This document shows, piece after piece, positions 1 through 9,174 of a stretch of 64,000 nucleotides of DNA. The DNA is from Candidatus Binatia bacterium (lineage in GTDB: Bacteria > Desulfobacterota > Binatia > UBA9968 > JAJDTQ01), in assembly GCA_963666515.2 (NCBI GenBank), contig OY762897.2, positions 320,001 to 384,000 on the forward strand. Reading direction: 5' to 3'. Within the stretch, counting starts at the first letter, position 1; the number at the start of each line of letters is the position of its first letter. The position numbers were made by a program, and so were the translations under genes. The notes under the pieces are model-generated. The model was not told where the DNA came from. It saw nothing but the letters and a program-made list of their open reading frames with translations, and searched no databases.

Positions 1-181
1 GCCCGGCCCGGCAGTCTTCGCCGGGAGCCACACACTCGAAGACGACGCCGTCAAGCGCCTCGTCCTGGAGCAGCAGCCCGCGAAGCGCGTCCGCGTCGAT
101 GTCGAGGGTGGCGCCGTCGAGCCGGGTGGAAGCGCCGAAGCGAAGGGCTTCCACCCGGTGGTACGCCAGCGTCAGGTTCAC
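1..181 (-). CDS. Glycine/sarcosine/betaine reductase component B subunit family protein (GrdE-like), N-terminal part; runs off the window edge
   Basis: Manual translation from GTG at 181 (GAGGTG RBS upstream): MNLTLAYHRVEALRFGASTRLDGATLDIDADALRGLLLQDEALDGVVFECVAPGEDCRAG resembles the GrdE/PrdA-type N-terminus. Not in the ORF track. Confidence 0.6.
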   Translation of the reverse strand, partial: MNLTLAYHRVEALRFGASTRLDGATLDIDADALRGLLLQDEALDGVVFECVAPGEDCRAG

Positions 182-261
182 GAGTTCACCTCAATCTCGC
201 CGAGTCGGGCACATGATTCCACATTCCCGTGCCGATGGCAAAGCCGCCCCGCCCTTCACCC

Positions 262-377
262 CTGGATTCCGGGTCAAGCCCGGAATGACGGAGGGGGCAC
301 ACCGTCTTTCCGTCACCCCGGACTTGATCCGGGGTCCAGAGGGGCCGCCCGTATTATGGGTCAAGCCCGGAATGACG
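262..377. repeat. REP/BIME-like composite palindrome, family A (CTGGATTCCGGGTCAAGCCCGGAATGAC and GTCACCCCGGACTTGATCCGGGGTCCAG units)
   Basis: Three alternating hairpin units in intergenic DNA; the same units recur at 51566-51674 and 56999-57142. Confidence 0.9.
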
Positions 378-403
378 TGTTGACGTGTGTGTGGGAGTTC
401 CGG

Positions 404-1912
404 TCAAGTCCGCGATGACCGAGAGCCGGCGCGCCCGGCGTACGCGGCCAGCGCCGTGCCGAACTCCGCGGCGTGGACTCCGTGGTCGGTGAAGTCTCCG
501 TGGTAGCACTTGAGCGCCCACAGGGCGGCGTCGAGGTGGTCCGGTTTCTCCGTCAGGTCGTGGAGCATGAGGAAGAAGCGCGCCGCGGCGCCGTTCTGGT
601 TGACCAGGGTCAACGGATAGCGGAGGAACGCGAGTCCTTTCTCGGCGATGTCGAAAAAACCTCCCGCCGGATTCTTGAGCTTCGCCCGGATGAATCCCGC
701 GAGCGCTTGGGCGCGTTCGAGAAAGACCGTTTCGCCGGTGGCTTCGAACCCGTCCGCCAAGGCGCGTCCCATGAGGACCTGGTCCGTTAGGAGCCCGCGC
801 AACCGGGGTGCGTCGTCGAAGTAGTGGGCCATGCCGCGGGAGCCGTTCCAGCAACGTTCCAGCAGAAACCGCAGCGTCTCCAGGGCGCGTTCGCCGCAGT
901 CGCTGCGCCCCAGGGTCCGGGCGGCCCGCAGGCAGGCGGAGACGGCGTGGGCGTTGGCGTCGGTGTACATCCAGGGATCGGTGATGGAGAACATGCCCCG
1001 GTTCCGGTGAAGCACGGAACCCGCCGGCAGGTCCCGGCCGGGCGTGATGCGGATGTAGTCCCGACAGCCGTGGAAGTAGGGCTCAGCGGAGTCGCGGAAA
1101 CCCTGGTCCAGGTAGGCCAGGATCTCCTCCGCCAGCTCCCGGAAAAAGGACTCTCCGGTCAGCTCGAAAACGTGCAGGGCGTTGTCCAGCAGGCTGGCGT
1201 GGTCGGACAGGAGCTTCTCGTGGTGGGGCTCGCTCCAGTCCGGTTTCGATGAGTAGCGGAAGAACCCTCCCTCCGGGTCATGGGTCTTGCTCTGGTGCAT
1301 GTTGTACAGCGTGAGCCGGACGTGGTTGAGGTAGCGCGCGTCGCCGGTGGCCGCGTGGCGTTGCAGCAGGAGTTCGTTGGCCTCGCAGTGGGGGAATTTG
1401 CGCTCCGTTTCGTAGCCGCCGTGCACGGGATCGGCGAGGGCCCAGACGATATCGGCGATCTCGCCTGCCGCGTCCGGCCGCACGGCGGGGTCGCCGGCCG
1501 GAGGGGCAGGCGTCTGCGGCGGAGCCGGCGCGCGCTCCTGGTAGCCGACGTGGACCCGCACCAGGATGTCGCTGAAGTCCTTGGGCGAAAGATAGTTCAC
1601 GCTCGCCAGGTAGTCGCCTTCGGCGCTCAGGAACACGATGGTGGGCCAGCCGTTGCGGTTGTAGCGCACGTCGATGTCCGGCCGCTGGGCGTCCTCCACC
1701 CGCACCGGGACGAAGTAGGCGTTCAGCAGCGCGATGATCTCGGTGTCGGAGAAGGTGGTCTCGTCCATGCGCTGGCAGATGCCGCACCAGAAGGCGCCGA
1801 GGAAGAGCATCACCGGCTTGCGTTCCTGGCGCGCGCGCTCGAACGCCTCGGCGCCCCAGTCGAGCCAGGGGACGCGATGGGCGCTGTTGGAGTTGGGGGA
1901 GAAGCGGAACAT
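404..1912 (-). CDS. Thioredoxin domain-containing protein, YyaL/SSP411 (DUF255) family
   Basis: VPWLDWGAEAFERARQERKPVML, WCGIC, NAYFVPVRV, GWPTIVFL, GGFFRYS, HHEKLLSD motifs. Start placed at MFRFSP. Confidence 0.85.
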   Translation of the reverse strand: MFRFSPNSNSAHRVPWLDWGAEAFERARQERKPVMLFLGAFWCGICQRMDETTFSDTEIIALLNAYFVPVRVEDAQRPDIDVRYNRNGWPTIVFLSAEGDYLASVNYLSPKDFSDILVRVHVGYQERAPAPPQTPAPPAGDPAVRPDAAGEIADIVWALADPVHGGYETERKFPHCEANELLLQRHAATGDARYLNHVRLTLYNMHQSKTHDPEGGFFRYSSKPDWSEPHHEKLLSDHASLLDNALHVFELTGESFFRELAEEILAYLDQGFRDSAEPYFHGCRDYIRITPGRDLPAGSVLHRNRGMFSITDPWMYTDANAHAVSACLRAARTLGRSDCGERALETLRFLLERCWNGSRGMAHYFDDAPRLRGLLTDQVLMGRALADGFEATGETVFLERAQALAGFIRAKLKNPAGGFFDIAEKGLAFLRYPLTLVNQNGAAARFFLMLHDLTEKPDHLDAALWALKCYHGDFTDHGVHAAEFGTALAAYAGRAGSRSSRT

Positions 1913-2075
1913 GGCGGCGTGTCCGGGACTGACGTTCGTGGACAAATATGCGCAGGATTTCCCGGCGTCGGCAAGACGCACATCGCAAGACGCACATCCT
2001 GTGGCGGCTGGTCAGTGTCTGTAGTACAGAGAGGGCCTGTATTACTTGGGAGTCTATCGGTTAGACGGCCTTTTT

Positions 2076-2128
2076 CCGTTCGTCCTGAGCCCTTCGACAG
2101 GCTCAGGACAGGCGAAGTCGAAGGACGG
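2076..2128. repeat. Nested REP-like palindrome (CCTTCGACAGGCTCAGGAC type)
   Basis: ccgttcgtcctgagc-ccttcgacaggctcaggacagg-cgaagtcgaaggacgg contains two interlocking inverted repeats; intergenic. Confidence 0.7.
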
Positions 2129-2162
2129 TCCGATCACCAGGAGACTAGCGAAAAGGAGTCCC

Positions 2163-3536
2163 ATGACTGGTTCACAGATCGAACTGCCCGCCACCGTGTC
2201 TCGCGAGCAGACCATCCGCGACTCCGAGGCAGTGCTGGCCATGCCCGACATCCCGTTGAGCGTCGAGGAGGACATCATCCGGATCGACGCCTTGGGCATG
2301 GAGTGGGACCTTGGCATGGCGGTCTACCAGCCGCGCGACGAAGCCCGGATCCCGTCCGGCGCCGACGGCAGGAAGGTGGGGATCTTCCTGCTCCACGGCG
2401 GCTCCGGCGACTACAAGACCATGGAGCGGGTGGCGCTGCTGGCCGCCGGCAAGTTCGGCTTCAAGGTGCTGAGCGGCACGTTTCCCGGCCGGTTCTACTT
2501 CCCGGACGCGAGCCGGGACTGGCCCGATGACACGATCCACGCGGACGGCAGCGTGCGGACGCCCATCTGGAAGCGGGGCGAGCCCATCGGGCGCGACGAG
2601 TACGAGGTCGCCCGGGACGTCACCATGCGGCCGCGCTACGGCACCCGCACCGTCGCCAGGGCCAAACCCGGCACCAACTTCTACTACCGCATGGCGGCAT
2701 GGCCCGTGGCCTTCGAGGAAGGCATGAAGGAGGCCATGCACCGGCACCTGCCCGACGGGACGTTCTCCATCTATGGTGAGGGCCACTCCACGGGCGGACC
2801 CTTCGTCTCCATGCTGTCCCAGCGCGTTCCCAACTTCGCCGGCGTGGTGGCTACCGAACACACGCCCTTCGGCCATGTGGGAGCCATGCGCGACAACTGG
2901 AGCGGCTCGCTGGGGAAAGTTTCGGGCTTCGAGCGCGTGAGCACCGACGACGCCGTGCGGAGCGACCCGTTCAACGAGCTGTACATCCGCACCTGGCGAG
3001 ACCTCGCGCGCTACGCCGGCCCCGAGGCCCTGGGGCAGCAGGGGCCGGTGGCCTTGATGCAACTGCCCATGCTCATGGAGGATATCCTCGACACTTGGGA
3101 CCGGGCCAGGGCGCGGCCCCAGTTCAAGGCCGAGTACGTCATCACCCACGACATCGCCGGGTCATTGACCGAGGCCGCCAGGGTCAGCGCCAAGCGCCTG
3201 GGCATGAACGCCGGCGAGACCGAGGCGCTGGCGGCCCGCTACCGCGGCTATCCGCGGGAGCTGTCGGGGCCGGACGCGCCGCCGCTGCCGCCGTTCCTGT
3301 TCGCCATCACCAAGGACAGCCGGGACCACAGCCCGGAGGTCTACAAGGAGGTGATCCTGCCCGCCTTCGCGGCCATGCGGCCCGCGCCCAAGACCCACTT
3401 GGCGCACTTCGGCGCCGGCGTGCACAGCTTCTGGAAGGCCGAGGACGGGCTGCCGCAGGGGATCGCGCCGGCCGCCATCAAGCTGTGGCACGACGCCATC
3501 ACGGGAGGTTATTTCGCGGCCGACAAGACGGCGTAA
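2163..3536 (+). CDS. Uncharacterised alpha/beta-hydrolase-fold protein
   Basis: AGGAG RBS; LLHGGSG oxyanion-type motif, GHSTGG nucleophile elbow, C-terminal GVH His. Confidence 0.6.
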   Translation: MTGSQIELPATVSREQTIRDSEAVLAMPDIPLSVEEDIIRIDALGMEWDLGMAVYQPRDEARIPSGADGRKVGIFLLHGGSGDYKTMERVALLAAGKFGFKVLSGTFPGRFYFPDASRDWPDDTIHADGSVRTPIWKRGEPIGRDEYEVARDVTMRPRYGTRTVARAKPGTNFYYRMAAWPVAFEEGMKEAMHRHLPDGTFSIYGEGHSTGGPFVSMLSQRVPNFAGVVATEHTPFGHVGAMRDNWSGSLGKVSGFERVSTDDAVRSDPFNELYIRTWRDLARYAGPEALGQQGPVALMQLPMLMEDILDTWDRARARPQFKAEYVITHDIAGSLTEAARVSAKRLGMNAGETEALAARYRGYPRELSGPDAPPLPPFLFAITKDSRDHSPEVYKEVILPAFAAMRPAPKTHLAHFGAGVHSFWKAEDGLPQGIAPAAIKLWHDAITGGYFAADKTA

Positions 3537-3590
3537 CCCTCTGACCCCGCACTCTCCTCGATAGAAGGGGCTACCAACCGAGGTACGACG

Positions 3591-4733
3591 ATGAAATTTT
3601 CCTTCTTCATGATGCCGATCCACGACCCGTCCGAGAACCCGGCGCTGGCCTTCGACCGGGACATCTCGCTCATCCACTACGCGGAGGAGCTGGACTTCGA
3701 CGAGTTCTTCATCGGCGAGCACCATTCCGGCGGCTGGGAGAACATGCCGGCGCCGGAGCTGGCGCTGGCCAAGGCCGCGGCCCACGCCAAGCGCATACGC
3801 CTGGGCACCTCGGTCATCAACACGCCGTTCCACCACCCGTTCCACGTGGCCGAGCGCATGGCCTTCCTTGACCACCTGACCCGCGGCCGCGCCATCCTGG
3901 GCGTGGGACCGAGCGCGCTGGTCACGGACAAGAAGCTCTTCGGCCTACCCAACGAGAAGCTCCATCCCATGCTGGCCGAGTCGGTGGACGTCATCGTGCG
4001 GCTGCTGGAGTCGCCCGAGCCCATCGACCACCACGGCGAGTTCTGGAGCTTCGAGGGCATGCGGCTGCAGCTCCGCTCTTACCAGCAGCCGCGCATGCCG
4101 CTGGCCGTGGCTTCCGGGGGAACCTCCGGGAGCCTCGACATGGCGGGCAAGCACGGCATGATGCTGCTGTCCCCCGCGGGCAAGAACCGCTGGCGCAATC
4201 CCGCCCACTCCGAGCAGTGGAAGACCGTGGAGGCCGCGGCCGCCAAGTACGGCAAGACCGCAAACCGGGACAACTGGCGCATCGCCACCAGCGTCTATCT
4301 CGCGGAAACCAGGGAGCAGGCGTGGGCCGACGTGGAGGCGGGCATCGCCCGGGACATGCAGTACTTCTTTGCCATCGGCCTCAAGAGGCCCTACGAGGCC
4401 TACCCCGACCAGCCGCAGTCGGAGATCACGCCCCGCTCGGGCGCCGACCGCCGCGACTGGATCATCGGCACCCCGGATGACGCCATCCGCCACATCGAGC
4501 GCATGCAGGAGGAGACCGGCGGCTTCGGCGGCCTGCTGCTCACCACCCACGAGTGGACCGGCAGCGAGAACCTGCGCCGCTCGTTGGAGTTGTTCGCCCG
4601 CTACGTAATGCCGCATTTCCGCGGCCACACGCTCGGTTTCAGGGACGAGTGGGACCGCCTGCGCAAACAGGCGGACGAGGGTGGCGTGCAACTCCGCGAG
4701 AACGGGCGTCCCAGCAACCTCACCAACGCCTGA
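3591..4733 (+). CDS. LLM-class flavin-dependent oxidoreductase (luciferase-like monooxygenase)
   Basis: AEELDFDEFFIGEHH, IRLGTSV, AFLDHLTRGRAILGVG, IIGTPDD, SLELFARYVMPHF. Confidence 0.92.
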   Translation: MKFSFFMMPIHDPSENPALAFDRDISLIHYAEELDFDEFFIGEHHSGGWENMPAPELALAKAAAHAKRIRLGTSVINTPFHHPFHVAERMAFLDHLTRGRAILGVGPSALVTDKKLFGLPNEKLHPMLAESVDVIVRLLESPEPIDHHGEFWSFEGMRLQLRSYQQPRMPLAVASGGTSGSLDMAGKHGMMLLSPAGKNRWRNPAHSEQWKTVEAAAAKYGKTANRDNWRIATSVYLAETREQAWADVEAGIARDMQYFFAIGLKRPYEAYPDQPQSEITPRSGADRRDWIIGTPDDAIRHIERMQEETGGFGGLLLTTHEWTGSENLRRSLELFARYVMPHFRGHTLGFRDEWDRLRKQADEGGVQLRENGRPSNLTNA

Positions 4734-4780
4734 CCGGAGAGTTCCGAAAACGTCCAGTAGCCCGCCGACGTCCGCCCCCC

Positions 4781-4871
4781 GTCATTCCGGCGAAAGCCGG
4801 AATCCAGAAGGGGTGCCAGACTCGGACGTTTCGCCCCTCCTCCCCTGGATTCCGGCTTCCGCCGGAATGAC
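4781..4871. repeat. Inverted pair of REP-like palindromes, family B (GTCATTCCGGCGAAAGCCGGAATCCAG), between convergent genes
   Basis: 4781-4807 and its near reverse complement at 4845-4871; an exact further copy lies at 17503-17529. Confidence 0.9.
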
Positions 4872-4897
4872 GGGGGCGGCGGATGGCGCGGGGTGAA

Positions 4898-5617
4898 CTA
4901 TGCCTCCGCCGGCCGCTCGGCGCGCCATGCGTGCAGGTACTGCACGATCTCGTCCAGCGGCAGCACGTCGGCGTACTTCTGGTTCATGTCGAACAGGTTG
5001 ATGGCGTGGCAGGCCTCGTGACGGTCGAATACGCACTCCTCTGCCACCACCATACGGAAACGGTAGGTGCAGCCGTCCACCACGCTGGCGCGGACGCAAC
5101 CGCTGGTGCTCTCTCCGCAGGCGATGACGGTGTCGATGCCGTGCTGGTTCAGGTGCGCTACCAAGGGCGTGCCCCAGAACGCGCTGGGCGAGAGCTTGCG
5201 CAGCACCGCCTCGCCGGGTTGCGGGGCCACCTCGTCGATGATGTCGAACTTGGTGCGACGCCGCTCCAGGGCTTCGGCCGACAGGTTGTCCGTTCCTCCG
5301 TCACGGCGGAAGGACCATTCGTCGACGCCGGCGCCGGGTAGGCCGGAGATGTGGATGACGGGGATACCGACCTCTCGCGCCGTCGCCAGCAGCTTCTGGA
5401 TGTGGGGGATGGCGTTCCATCCGGCCATGCCGCAGCTTCCGGGCCACTCCTTGATGGCCTCCAGCACGGACTCGGGCTTGTCGCCGAAGACCCACCGGTA
5501 GAGGTCGATGAGGACCAGGGCCGGCTTCTTGCCGAAGCCGATGGGCCGCGGCGGCTTCATCGCGACGTGGGCCTTGTCCTGTTCCGAAAGAAAACGGTCC
5601 CATACGCGTTCGCTCAT
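4898..5617 (-). CDS. Isochorismatase-family cysteine amidohydrolase (N-carbamoylsarcosine amidase/maleamate amidohydrolase-like)
   Basis: PALVLID, KLSPSAFWGT, GESTSGCVRASVVD give the Asp-Lys-Cys triad. Confidence 0.88.
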   Translation of the reverse strand: MSERVWDRFLSEQDKAHVAMKPPRPIGFGKKPALVLIDLYRWVFGDKPESVLEAIKEWPGSCGMAGWNAIPHIQKLLATAREVGIPVIHISGLPGAGVDEWSFRRDGGTDNLSAEALERRRTKFDIIDEVAPQPGEAVLRKLSPSAFWGTPLVAHLNQHGIDTVIACGESTSGCVRASVVDGCTYRFRMVVAEECVFDRHEACHAINLFDMNQKYADVLPLDEIVQYLHAWRAERPAEA

Positions 5618-5744
5618 GATCGGTCTCCTTGTATCGGTCGTTTAGTCGACGCCCGGCGGGCTCTTCGCGCGCCGGCCATGGTTGCTGCTGATCCGTTGCT
5701 GTCGTGGATGCCTTCTGTTGTTCATGACGCTCCGGGCGTGACAG

Positions 5745-6755
5745 TCAAACGGGAGCCAACTCGCGCCACCCTGCCGCCGGCAGTGCCTCGCGCCGGTGCG
5801 GCTCGTCCAGGTGATCCATTGGCGGTCCCAGCGGAACGATGCCTGTGGGGTTCACGTGGGATTGGCTGCCGTAGTAGCCGGCCTTGATCCTGTCGAGATC
5901 GCAGGTCTCCCGTACTCCCGGCCACTGGTACAGTTCGCGCAGATAGCCGCTCAGGTTGGGGTAGTCCTGGACGCGGCGGAGGTTGCACTTGAAGTGGCCG
6001 TGGTAGACAAAGTCGAAGCGCAGCAGGGTGGGGAACGCGCGCCAGTCGGCTTCGGTGATGCGCGTGCCGGTCAGGTAACGGCGTTCGGCCAGCCAACCCT
6101 CCATGGTGTCGAGGCCGTGGAAGACCTTCTTCACGGCCTCCTCGTACGCCTCCTGCGACTTGGCAAAGCCCGCGCGGTACACGCCGTTGTTTACGTGCTC
6201 GTATACGAAGTCGTTGATGCGGTCGATCTCCGCGCGCAGGTCGGCCGGGTAGTAGTCCTCCCCCGCGTCGGTCAGGCCGTCGAAGGCCGAGTTGAACATG
6301 CGGATGATCTCGGACGACTCGTTGTTGACGATGGTGCGGCGTTGGCGGTCCCACAACGTCGGCACCGTGACCTTGCCGCTGTAGTCGGCCTTGGCGGCGG
6401 TGTAGACTTGGTGCAGCCGGAAGACGCCGGCGTCGCCGGGCTCCAGGTCGTCAATCCCCCGCGAATAGGACCAGCCAGCGGTCTTGGGCCGGTCCGCGCT
6501 GGACATGGAGACCACGTCCTCCAGATGCTTCAGCTTGCGCAGGATCATGGCCCGGTGCGCCCACGGACAGGAGGGTGAGACGAACAGGTGGTAGCGCCCG
6601 GATTCCGCGTTGAACCCCCCCTCGCCGGTGGTTCCCGGAACTCCGTCCGCGGTCACCCAGTTGCGGAAAACGGAGTCGTCGCGCACGAAGCTGCCGCGGG
6701 AATCGGTCTGTACCTGCCCGTCCTCGTGCCACTTGCCGTCGATCAAGACGCCCAT
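5745..6755 (-). CDS. yqjG: Glutathionyl-hydroquinone reductase (YqjG/GST Xi class)
   Basis: AESGRYHLFVSPSCPWAHR, KVTVPTLWD, IVNNESSEIIRM, NNGVYRAGFA, NPTGIVP. Confidence 0.9.
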   Translation of the reverse strand: MGVLIDGKWHEDGQVQTDSRGSFVRDDSVFRNWVTADGVPGTTGEGGFNAESGRYHLFVSPSCPWAHRAMILRKLKHLEDVVSMSSADRPKTAGWSYSRGIDDLEPGDAGVFRLHQVYTAAKADYSGKVTVPTLWDRQRRTIVNNESSEIIRMFNSAFDGLTDAGEDYYPADLRAEIDRINDFVYEHVNNGVYRAGFAKSQEAYEEAVKKVFHGLDTMEGWLAERRYLTGTRITEADWRAFPTLLRFDFVYHGHFKCNLRRVQDYPNLSGYLRELYQWPGVRETCDLDRIKAGYYGSQSHVNPTGIVPLGPPMDHLDEPHRREALPAAGWRELAPV

Positions 6756-6940
6756 TCGTTCTCCTCCCGGCGCCGCTGCGGCTCTTCGCCGCCGCGTGCT
6801 TGGTCCCGTGCATCCATGCATACTCCCGACGGTGCGCGGTGGCAAGACGTGACATCTCTTCCCGAACCCTTGTGAGTTGACCGGGGCACGGCTATCCTTC
6901 GGGCTGTTTACACTCGGTTTCGGCGCTCCTTCTCGAGAAC

Positions 6941-8143
6941 ATGTACAGACCGTTTGGGCTTGCACTGCTCGCCGTCCACCTCCTGAGTTCGCTGACGTGC
7001 GCCGCCGAACCCCCGTTGCAGTCGCTGGCGCGGAAGGTGGTAGGCGCCGACCACGGCGTTTTCGTGAAGGCGGAGGACGGCAGGGTGCTGGCGGCGTTGA
7101 ACTCCAGGCGCGCTTACCACCCCGCCTCGGTCACGAAAGTGGCGACGACGCTGGCCTTTCTCTCGAAGCTTCCGCCGGATCGCCGTTTCCGAACGACGTT
7201 TCTCGCCGCGGGTCCCTTGGGCGACGGGACCCTTGAGGGGGACCTCGTGGTTCGATCGGAGGGCGACCCTTATTTCCTGTTCGAGAACGCGTTCCTGGTT
7301 CTGTTGAGGCTCCGGCAAGAGGGGATACGCCGGGTCAACGGCGCCATCCGGGTCGAAGGGTCGTTCTACTTTGACTGGACCCCTGACCCCGCGGGGCACC
7401 GGCTCAGGCGCACGTGGACGGGTCGGTTGGGCGCTCAACGCTGGCCAACCGTGACCGGCGCCCTGTTCCCGGGCAAGCGCCTGCCGCTGGGAGACTACAA
7501 GCTCCGGTTCGGGCGCCGGGTCGCCCGGGAACAGCGCCGGGTGCGCGCCTTGGTCGTGCACGCGTCGCCGCCCTTGCTGCGCCATCTCAAGGATTTCAAC
7601 AGTCACTCCAACGACATCTTTCATGAATTCTCGTACCGGATCGGCGGTCCGGAAACCGTGCAGCGAGTTCTTCGAGAGAACGTACGCGGCGTGCCCCGGG
7701 CCTCCATGGTGATCGACAACGCCGCGGGTGACGGCAGGAACAACCAACTGAGCCCGCGCGCCACGGTGGCCATGTTCGAAGCCCTGGAGAGGACTCTGGA
7801 CAAGCGTGGCCTGTCCTTCGCAGCCGTGCTCCCGGTGGCCGGCGTGGACCCGGGCACGCTTGAGGACAGGCTTGCGGAGTCTCGCTACCGTGGGGCGGTT
7901 GCCGGGAAGTCGGGGACGGTGCGCGTGCTTCGAATATCGACCCTGGCCGGCGTCGCGTACACCCGGAAGTTCGGGCGCACGCTCTTCGCGATCATGACCC
8001 GGGGCCTGCCGCTATGGGCCGCCAGAGAGCGTCAGAATGCCTTCCTGCGGGGACTCCTCGACGCGGGCGGCGCCCGGCCGTTGCGTGCCCGGGACCCGGC
8101 GCGCCCCGCTTTTCTGGAAGCGCGGCTGGAAGCGCCGCGTTAG
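6941..8143 (+). CDS. dacB: D-alanyl-D-alanine carboxypeptidase/endopeptidase, peptidase S13 (PBP4) family
   Basis: Signal peptide, PASVTK (SxxK), GTLEGDLVVRSEGDP, AGVDPGTL, GKSGT. Confidence 0.8.
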   Translation: MYRPFGLALLAVHLLSSLTCAAEPPLQSLARKVVGADHGVFVKAEDGRVLAALNSRRAYHPASVTKVATTLAFLSKLPPDRRFRTTFLAAGPLGDGTLEGDLVVRSEGDPYFLFENAFLVLLRLRQEGIRRVNGAIRVEGSFYFDWTPDPAGHRLRRTWTGRLGAQRWPTVTGALFPGKRLPLGDYKLRFGRRVAREQRRVRALVVHASPPLLRHLKDFNSHSNDIFHEFSYRIGGPETVQRVLRENVRGVPRASMVIDNAAGDGRNNQLSPRATVAMFEALERTLDKRGLSFAAVLPVAGVDPGTLEDRLAESRYRGAVAGKSGTVRVLRISTLAGVAYTRKFGRTLFAIMTRGLPLWAARERQNAFLRGLLDAGGARPLRARDPARPAFLEARLEAPR

Positions 8144-8261
8144 GGAACCGTCCTCCTGCCGCGGATTTGTATGTTGCAAGCCACCGGTGTAGGGTCCTTC
8201 GTGACGCGCGTGACGCGTGCGGTTCACTCTCGAAAGATCATGGAAGAGGAGGCATCCACTG

Positions 8262-9110
8262 ATGGCTGACAAACCCCTGGAAGGAAAAGTGGCGTTGGTG
8301 ACCGGGGCCGGCAGCCCCATCGGCTTCGGCCGGCGCATGACGTTCGCCCTGACCGCGGCGGGAGCGCGCGTGGCCATGATGGACGTCAGCGAGGAGTGGG
8401 TCAACCGGACCGCGGACGAGGTGCGCGCGGAGGCCGGCAAGGACAGCGTGCTGCCCATCGTGGAGAGCGTGAGCAGTTGGGAGAGCGCGGCAAGGGCGGT
8501 AGGGACCGCCATCTCCGACCTGGGCGGCCTGGACATACTCGTCAACAACGCCGGAACCAACCCGCGCAACGTCGGCCTGACCACCGAGTTCCGCGAGAAG
8601 TGCTGGGAGGTCTCGCCCGAGGCTTGGCTGCGGGTATTCGGCGTGAACTGCGCGGGCCCGTTCTACATGGTGCGCGCCGCCGTGGGGCACATGATCGAGA
8701 AGGGGTGGGGACGGATCATCGGCGTCACCACCAGCCTGGACACCATGTACCGGGCGTATGGCTCGCCCTACGGGCCGTCCAAGGCCGGCCACGAAGCCTT
8801 CATGGCCACCTTGTGCCAGGAGCTGGAAGGAACCGGGGTGACCGCCAACGTGCTGGTGCCGGGCGGTCCGGCCAACACCAACCTGATCCCCCAGGACGCC
8901 CCGTACCCACGGGATCAACTCATCCAGCCGCCGGTGATGGAGAAGCCCGTGGTATGGCTCGCCTCGGCGGCGTCCGACGGCATCAACGGCAGGCGCTTCA
9001 TCGCCTATCACTGGGACGAGAGCCTGCCGCTGGAAGAGCGCCTGTCCAAGGCCAGCGCGCCCTGCGCGTGGCCGCAGGCCGGTCAGGCCGCCATCGCGCC
9101 GGGTCGGTAA
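8262..9110 (+). CDS. Short-chain dehydrogenase/reductase
   Basis: VALVTGAG, DILVNNAG, YGPSK (YxxxK). Confidence 0.92.
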   Translation: MADKPLEGKVALVTGAGSPIGFGRRMTFALTAAGARVAMMDVSEEWVNRTADEVRAEAGKDSVLPIVESVSSWESAARAVGTAISDLGGLDILVNNAGTNPRNVGLTTEFREKCWEVSPEAWLRVFGVNCAGPFYMVRAAVGHMIEKGWGRIIGVTTSLDTMYRAYGSPYGPSKAGHEAFMATLCQELEGTGVTANVLVPGGPANTNLIPQDAPYPRDQLIQPPVMEKPVVWLASAASDGINGRRFIAYHWDESLPLEERLSKASAPCAWPQAGQAAIAPGR

Positions 9111-9150
9111 GGTCTGTGGGTGTCTGAAATCCTGCGCAGCAGTGGACCCT

Positions 9151-9174
9151 GTAGGGGCGACCCGCGGTCGCCCT
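9151..9174. repeat. GTAG-type REP-like palindrome
   Basis: GTAGGGGCGACCCGCGGTCGCCCT between convergent genes; related fragments near 48845-48862 and 59475-59520. Confidence 0.6.
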
